From contig NC_068984.1 in assembly GCF_001194135.2 (NCBI RefSeq), forward strand, positions 140,322,937-140,365,507: DNA of 42,571 nucleotides, in the 5' to 3' direction. The translations under genes and the position numbers were made by a program. This document shows, piece after piece, positions 35,119-42,571 of this stretch. The notes under the pieces were generated by a model. That model worked only from the letters and a program-made list of their open reading frames with translations. It was not told the origin of the DNA and made no database searches. Within the stretch, counting starts at the first letter, position 1; each line of letters begins with the position of its first letter. This stretch comes from Octopus bimaculoides. Lineage: Eukaryota.

Positions 35119-35232
35119 GTTGAGATTTAGTTGAATTAGGTACTTAAGTTGGTGCACCAAGTCAATCCTGCGCAGCTCGAAGCCATGATGATGATTGACT
35201 AAGATATTGAAATGGCACAATTTTGTTAACAG

Positions 35233-35386
35233 GAAATGAAGGGACTGAGAAGAAAAACATAAAAGAAACTGCAAAATACTGGTTTGAAATTAAACTCACA
35301 AAAAATAACACAAAATTTAGGTCAATGACATCAACTTCAGATTTAAAGCAATTTAAAGGCTGGAACTCTGACAATGAAAGTGGAGG
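35233..35386 (+). CDS. Candidate internal coding exon of an unidentified gene (NEGTEKKNIKETAKYWFEIKLTKNNTKFRSMTSTSDLKQFKGWNSDNESG)
   Basis: Acceptor TTTTGTTAACAG, donor GG|GTGAGT, one open frame of 50 codons, non-repetitive sequence. No homology recognised. Confidence 0.4.
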
Positions 35387-36291
35387 GTGAGTTTATTTTT
35401 CTTTGATGCAAAGTTGAAAGAAGTGTGTTATAGTTAAATGAAGTTAAAGGAATGGCTTTCGTAAAGTCAAATGTAATGAACTACAGAAAATTATGAAGGA
35501 TAAAGGAGTGCCACAAGCAACAAAGGAGAGATTGTTTAAATCAATGCTGCATTTAATAACGATATGGTTGCAGGTGTGGTTGTGCAGTAACAAAAAGTTT
35601 TCTTTCAAACTGCATGGTTTTTAAGTTCAGTCCCAGCAAGGCCGCAATTAACTGAAAGATTAAAAAGAAAAAATGACTCAGACAAGGAGTCTATACAAGT
35701 ATATACACAAATATTCATAAACAATAGTTGAATGAAACCAACCAATTGGTTCCAGGTTCATTCCCACTGCATGACACCTTGAGCAAGTGTCTTCTACCAT
35801 AACCCTGGGCTGACCAAAGTCTTGTGAGTGAATTTGGTAGTTGGAAACTGAGAGAAGCCTGTTGTGTGTGTCCGTTACTGTCTTTGACTTTGTGCGATAG
35901 TTGTAAACGAGTGCCACCATCATGTCAGCAGTGTCCCTCGTTTCCTGTTTTCTGAGGAAATATGTCTAGTTATGACAGCAGTTCTCAATCGGGGTCATAT
36001 GACCCTTAAGGGCAGGGATGGATCAAGACCCATAGAGGCTCTAAGTACTAAAAAGGTTTTAGTGCCCCTATTTATGTAATGCAAAATATAAATATAATGA
36101 GTTATAATATGAATTTTTTTACTTCTCAAAATTAAACAAAACTAACAATAAGATGGAAAATAATGTTTATTTTTGTATACTTCCACTTGCATTCTATGCC
36201 TTGACCCGAGCATAGAACAGGGATCGTCCCTTTCAGCTGGGAAATAAACGGAATGCCTGGTGTGTGTCTTGTTGTGGTTACCCCCTTTTAT

Positions 36292-36689
36292 TCTTTTATT
36301 TGTTTCAGTCATTTGACTGCAGCCATGCTGGAGCAGTGCCTTTAGTCAAACAAATCAACTCATTCTTTGTAAGCCTTCGGTCTCTTTTGCCGAACGGCTA
36401 AGTTACGGGGACGTAAACACACCAACATCGGTGGGGACTTAAACACAACCCGCAATGGGGGACAGATACAGATACACAAACATAGAATGGGGGACAGACA
36501 CAGACACACAAACATAAACACACACACACACACACATATATATGACAGTCTTCTTCCAAATCGACTCACAAGGTTTTGGTAGACCCGAGGCTATAGTAGA
36601 AGACACTTGCCCAAGGTGTCCCACAGGGGAACTGAACCTGGAACCATGTGATTGGTAAGCAAGCTACTTACCACACAGCCACTCCTGCC
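36292..36689 (-). mobile_element. SINE family A, diverged
   Basis: Reverse complement of family A. Confidence 0.85.
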
Positions 36690-37393
36690 CCTCCTAAAAA
36701 AAATGGGAAATAAGTCTGGGTATATGTATATATGTATGTACTTGATGAGATCTTCACTCTGACATCATGAACACTTCGAAATTATATTTCCAATCATATA
36801 AACCATTTCGAATATTATTTAGCAAGTTTAAAGTGTTTTCTTTTTTACCATCAACCATTTTTTTGTGCCCCCCACCCCCACTTTACTTTGATACCCTAAA
36901 CACGTGATTATTTTGCTTAATGGTTAATCCAGCGCTGCTTGAGGGTCCATATAAGATTTTCTTGTTAAAATTCATGTGCAATAAACTGGTTATATTTCTG
37001 CAATACTCAAAATGTTTGAACTGTTTCTTATACAATTCCTGATAATATCCACTTATAATAATATAATAGGATTTTTTAAATATTGAATGACTACAAGGGT
37101 TCACCCAAGGAAAATAGAAATCAAAGGGGTCTGTAGATAATAGACCATTGGGAACCACTGGATTATGGGGTAATATTACCTTGCTTGGAAACAGGAAGGG
37201 CATCCAGCCATAGAAAATCCACCTCAGCTCATTCTGTCTGACCCAAGCAAGCATGGGAAAATGGCATTGATAATGATGTAAAGGCAGGTACGAGTTTGCC
37301 TGTATGACAAGTCACACCTGCATGACTTCTATTTGAATGGTCCTGAGATGAAGGACTTGAAATTAAATACTAGTCACTCAATCCTGTTGGTAG

Positions 37394-37544
37394 GAGCCTC
37401 ACATCAGTGAAGAGAGAGGTGGTGCACCGTAAAGCTGTCAAGAAGAAGGGCTTGAGACAGTGTACATTCTCTCTTGATGACCCCCGTGAAACTTACAGGC
37501 GTCTGGGATGCGGAATTTTTGATTTGCAGCACTTGCACAAGCAA
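37394..37544 (+). CDS. Candidate coding exon (SLTSVKREVVHRKAVKKKGLRQCTFSLDDPRETYRRLGCGIFDLQHLHKQ)
   Basis: Acceptor TCAATCCTGTTGGTAG, donor CAA|GTTAGT, open frame, phase-compatible with 35233-35386. No homology recognised. Confidence 0.3.
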
Positions 37545-38937
37545 GTTAGTTGCAAGTCTGTCTCTCAGATGTGAAAACTGGAAAATTAGCCAATAAAAAC
37601 TTATGCTTTTGAAGTGTTGTGTTGAAGATTATTGGGAATCTCCTCAGCAGATCAATACTGTAGCAAATGAACTCTGATACTGCTTTGGAATCATTGATTG
37701 CCAAAGATGAAAATTCTTTGGTCTTTTATGAGGGGCTAATGGTATGGAAAAGAGCATTCCGTGTGTGGTGGTGGTAGTAGTAGGGGCTGATGGTTTGAGA
37801 GAAAAAGGGTAACCACACATGAAATGGATAGTGGTGGAGGTGAGTGAGATGACATCCCTGTAGCTGCACAAAGCCTGTAAGAAATAGGCGAAACTGAAGA
37901 CAGCATATACCTTTTACTTGTTTCAGTCATTGGATTGCAGCCATACTGGAGCACCACTTTGAAGGGTTTTAGACAAACAAATTGATCCCAGTACTTGATC
38001 CCCACAACAGGGCATTAAAAAAAAGAAGGTATTAGAGTTGATTCATCTGACTAAAAATTCTTCAAGGAACACCCCCAGGATGGCTGCCATCCAATGATTG
38101 AAACAAGTAAAAGATTTTTTTTTCTTTTAAAAATGCTCTTTTCTTTCCTCATGAATCCTTACGAGTTGATGGAAGGCGAAGGAGTGCAAAATAACAGACG
38201 ATGCTGGGAATAACAAACAAATCTAAAGACCTTGTCTTGGGTGACATAACGGGGCTAAACTGAAAAATCAATACTCTTGAGAAAAAAAAAATGTAAAAGG
38301 AAAAAAACAAAAATGGCCTGCCCAGCCTCCCCTCTGTTTACACCGAATCACCATTCACTGCAGTTGTAAGATAATGCGTAATAAAACCAGTCTGACTGTC
38401 TGTCTGTCAGCTTCGGTAATATAGTCATTTGCCGGCTTCTTTGATGTGTGTGTAATTACAGCAACTGACAGCAGCTTTTGTTCTCTCACCCAGCAATCAT
38501 TACTACTGCAGATACATGTAACACACACACACACCTACATTCATATATATATATACATACATGCACACACCTATATACATACGTCCACATGCATATGTAG
38601 TTCATTCTCTAAACAGCTTATAGAGTAAGGAGATGTCTGTTGGTGGTTATGCTGTTAAATGTATTGTTGGCAATTGTTGTTGTTTGGCCCAGGTCTGTTC
38701 CAGCCAAATGGACTTAGAAACAAAGGCATTCAAGCCATGACCATCACATCTATTTTTTTTTTTTTTTCAGATATAGTTCACCTAGGAATAAATTATCTAA
38801 TGTATTCTTCCTTTTACTGAGATGGTAGACTGTGATCTTAGTATGGTTTGGCTGTTGTTTCTAGCATGTTGTGAGGCTACATAGGTACTCTCCTCGAGTA
38901 ATTAAAGCTTAATTTGTTTAAGATATGGGCAGCATAT

Positions 38938-39322
38938 ACTCTTTTACTTGTTTCAGTCATTTGACTGTGGCCATGCTGGAGCACTGCCTTTAGTCGAGGA
39001 AATCGACCCCAGGACTTATTCTTTGTAAGCCTGGTACTTATTCTATCGGTCTCTTTTGCCGAACCTCTAAGTTACGAGGACATAAACACACCAGCATCGG
39101 TTGTCAAGCGATGTTGGGAGAACAAACATATACACACACATACATATGTATATATACATATATACGGTAGGCTTCTTTCAGTTTCCGTCTACCAAATCCA
39201 CTCACAAGGCTTTGGTCAGCTTGAGGCTATAGTAGAAGACACTTGCCCAAGATGCCATGCAGTGGGACTGAACCCGGAACTATGTGGCTCATAAGCAAGC
39301 TACTTACCACACAGCCACTCCT
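38938..39322 (-). mobile_element. SINE family A, near full length
   Basis: Reverse complement of family A. Confidence 0.88.
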
Positions 39323-40059
39323 ATCATATTCATTGTGTTTGTCATCATCACCATAACATCCACTTTTCCATATGTTCACGGGTCAGACAAAATTTGCTGT
39401 AGATTTTCTATAAGCCTGATGCCCCTTCTGTTGCTCTCACCTATTTCAAAGCAATGTAATATTTCCCATGGCCAGACATATTTTTCACAGAAGACAGGAA
39501 ACAAACAGCATGCTTGCTTACAACCATCACATGATGTCAAGATAACACACACACACTGTTTTGCACATCAACGCATGAAACAGCTGGACTTAATGTCACT
39601 GACATTGCCTAAGTAATATCAATGCAAAGACACACACACACATATACGCACTATATAGTGTAGGCTTCTGTACAGTTTCCATCTACTAAATTTCATTCAC
39701 AAGGCTTTGATCAACATAAGAGCAGTGGTTGAAAACACTTTCCCAATGTAACATGCAGTGAAATCGGGCCCAAAATCAGACGGCTGCTTAGCTGAACTTC
39801 TTAACCTTACTGCTATGTCTACAACTATGTATACATGTATGTATATACACTATATTAGATGATCTATACAGTGCACTTTCTTTTAAAAAATAAATATTTC
39901 AAAAATATCACCTCGGATCCTGTATGGGGATCCTGTTGGGCCTCCCATAAAGCTAATTTTTGTCCTTGACTTTCATAGGGTCATTTTAACCCAGATGGTC
40001 TCATCTACTTAGCCTGACTTCATAATAATATTTAAACATTATTATTATTATTATTCAAG

Positions 40060-40520
40060 TAGGGAGCTACATTCTGAGTTCAAATTCTGCCGAGGTCAGC
40101 TTTGCCTTTTATCCTTTTGGGGTCGATAAATTAAGTACCAGTGAAATATTGGGGTCGATGTAATCAACCAGTCTCCTCCCCAGCTGAATTTCAGGCCTTG
40201 TGCCTTTAATAAAAAGGATATAACTATTAAAGTAGGGAACTGGCAGAATCATTAGTGTGTCTGACAGAATGCTTAGTAGCATTTCATCCATCTTTATGTT
40301 CTGAGTTCAAATCCTGCCAAAGTCGACTTTGCCTTTCATCCTTTTGGGGTCAATAAAATAAGTACTAATTGCATACTGGGGTCAGTATAATTGACTAGTC
40401 TCCTCACCCCAAATTTCAGACCTTGTGCCTATAATAGAAAGGATTATAGTACCAATGAAACACTGGGGTTCAGTGTAATCGGCTATTCCCCTCCCCAAAA
40501 ATTTCAGACCTTGTCCCTAT
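40060..40520 (+). mobile_element. Two to three tandem decayed SINE family B copies
   Basis: Repeated TTCTGAGTTCAAAT...TTTGCCTTT.ATCCTTTTGGGGTC.ATAAA and AATTTCAG.CCTTGT.CCT.TAATA.AAAG blocks. Confidence 0.75.
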
Positions 40521-40924
40521 AATAGAAAGAATTATTATTATTATTATTATTATTACAGTTGTTGTACAGTATACAATATTGTGAGGTTGTTGATTGAAGA
40601 TATTGTGTCTACCGGGGGTTTGTACTGTTTGTCAAGTCCCACCAAGGACCTCAGACAGACAGTACTTTATGCAATGTGCGTGCAGTTCCAAGTATTATTA
40701 TTATTATTATCATTACTTCTACTTAAAAGGGATTATAACAACAGTCTGGTTATGTTCGCTAATACCAGCTAATTCATTGCGACTAAACATTGTATTTCCT
40801 TGCTTTATGTCCAGTTGTACTACTAACTTTTTATATACAATAATGTTTTTTTTCCCCCAGTTCAAGTACTTTTGTAATGTTTTGTAAAGCACTGCTAGAT
40901 TGGCTTACATATTAAATACATTAA

Positions 40925-41134
40925 CCCTTTAGCATTTAAGCCAACCACATCCAGCCCAAATATTCTACATTTTTTATGTTGAAATTGACCAGATCTGGGC
41001 CCCTGCCATCTACCCTTTAATGTCTTTCAAAAAAAACAAACAATCACATCATCAAAAGTTCAATGCATGATTAAATCAAAGCAAGGTGGATAAACAAACA
41101 TTTCGTTTGTGAGAATAATCCGAATGCTAAAGGG
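40925..41134. mobile_element. piggyBac-type MITE, 210 bp
   Basis: TTAA|CCCTTTAGCATT ... AATGCTAAAGGG|TTAA: perfect 12-bp TIR and TTAA TSD. Confidence 0.85.
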
Positions 41135-41879
41135 TTAATTCTCTTAAAGACTTTTGTCCCTGAATATGCACTCCTTAAAATTGATGTTCATCTGATCCAG
41201 TGAGAAGATGAAGAGGGGCGTTGAAGAAAAGTGGGGCAATAATAGGGTGACTGGAGTGGGGGTGGGGTCGTGGATGTGGGTTAATTAGGTTAAGTTTTTA
41301 TTTGTGAAATACCGTTGTTTCGAATTTACTGCAGAAAGTGGTCTGCGTTTGTGGTGCTGAGTTTGATGGTGGGGTGGCGCTAGGAATGTGACTCGAGTGT
41401 AAAGCGGGTGGCAGCCCGAAAAAGTTTGGGAATCACTGATCTATTCTACCCATGTATCTATATGTATGTATGTATATGTATATGTATATATCATCATCAA
41501 ATAGAATACATGTGTGTCTACATCTATTTATGTTGACTGATTTGAATTGGTGTTTGAGTTAACGGGTTGAATTATTAGTGATCAATAAAATAAGAACCAA
41601 GGCTAAAAATACCGGGCTGAACTGATCAGCAGCGTTAGTACCTTAGTATGGACACGGTCCAATAACAAAACCAATAAATGAATATTTGTGTGTGTGTGTG
41701 TGTGTGTGTGTGTCTAATCTCTTCAATCCAGCTTTCTATCGATGTCTTCTGCTTTCCTATCACTCCCACCCCCTGCTATTGATTTGTTAATTGGTCGGCT
41801 GCATCTGTTAATATAACATTGTCGGTGTATGTCATCCCAACCAGTTAGAATGGTGTGTGTGTGTTACGTATATATCTTT

Positions 41880-42160
41880 TATCTTTTGTTTCAGGCATAG
41901 TGTTGTGGCCATACTGGGGCACTTTTTTTTTTTTAAAGGCTAGTACTTATTCTTTTGATCTTCTTTTCCTAATCCATACACACACACACACATGCACAAC
42001 AAGCCTTTTTTGGTTCCCATCTACTAAATCCATTCACAAGGCTTTGGCTGACCCAGGGCTGTAGAATAAGATACTTGCCCAAGGTGCTACACAGTGGGAC
42101 TGAAACCAAAACCTTGTGGTTGGGAAGCAAATTTCTTACCACACAGCCCTACCTGTGCCT
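41880..42160 (-). mobile_element. SINE family A, decayed
   Basis: Reverse complement of the family A head and core. Confidence 0.7.
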
Positions 42161-42171
42161 CTATGAATCTC

Positions 42172-42390
42172 ATCATCATCGTTTAACATCCACTTTCCAT
42201 GCTGGCATGGGTTGGACGGTTTGACTGAGGGCTGGCAAGCTAGAAGGCTGCACCAGGCTCCAATCTGATCTGGCAAAGTGTCTACAGCTAGATGCCCTTA
42301 CTAATGCCAACCACTCCAAGAGTGTAGTGGGTGCTTTTTACGTGCCACCAGCATGAGGGCGAGTCAGGCGGTACTGGCATCAACCACGCT
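42172..42390 (-). mobile_element. Interspersed repeat 3' end with (GAT)n tail; related pieces at about 34230-34470, 37190-37280 and 39335-39430
   Basis: Shared motif GGCATC..GC..TAGA...ACCCATGC.AGCATGGAAA.TGGA.GTTAAA..ATGATGA. Confidence 0.55.
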
Positions 42391-42394
42391 GGAA

Positions 42395-42571
42395 TATTTG
42401 TTTCAGTCATTTGACTGTCGCCATACTGGAGCACCACCTTTAGGCGAGCAAATCGACCCCACGACTTATTCTTTGTAAGCCTAGTACTTATTCTATCAGC
42501 CTCTTTTGCCAAACCTCTAAGTTAGGGGAACGTAAACACATCAGCATCGTTTGTCAAGCAATGTTGGGGGG
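42395..42571 (-). mobile_element. SINE family A, 3' part, running off the window edge
   Basis: Reverse complement of the family A 3' half. Confidence 0.85.

Noticed and set aside
37497-37577. 81-nt minus-strand exon candidate (FSHLRDRLATNLLVQVLQIKNSASQTP) with a GTAAGT donor
   Set aside because: It overlaps the plus-strand candidate, has no compatible partner exon, and the next putative exon hits a stop after 11 codons. It cannot be excluded without RNA-seq.

Overview
AT-rich, gapped (8 N-runs) eukaryotic genomic DNA. It is probably from a cephalopod (Octopus), inferred from recognisable tRNA-derived SINE families rather than from any search. The main functional content is a Pol III gene cluster at 2.1-14.7 kb. 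It holds seven complete tRNA-Tyr(GTA) genes of 93 bp, one gap-truncated copy, one decayed copy and one 20-bp remnant. The exons are identical except at position 50, and every complete gene has a different intron of exactly 20 nt. Three degenerate initiator tRNA-Met genes are also present; two lie head-to-head with tRNA-Tyr genes in a tandemly duplicated unit. The remainder is SINEs, DNA-transposon derivatives (pogo/Tigger, Tc1/mariner, hAT, piggyBac), fragments of CRE-like and RTE-like LINEs, two long fold-back elements and microsatellites. One near-canonical minimal type I hammerhead ribozyme motif (34850-34907) and two weaker relics were found. No intact protein-coding gene is recognisable; two phase-compatible candidate exons lie at 35.2 and 37.4 kb. 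Almost all listed ORFs are artefacts of gaps or simple repeats.
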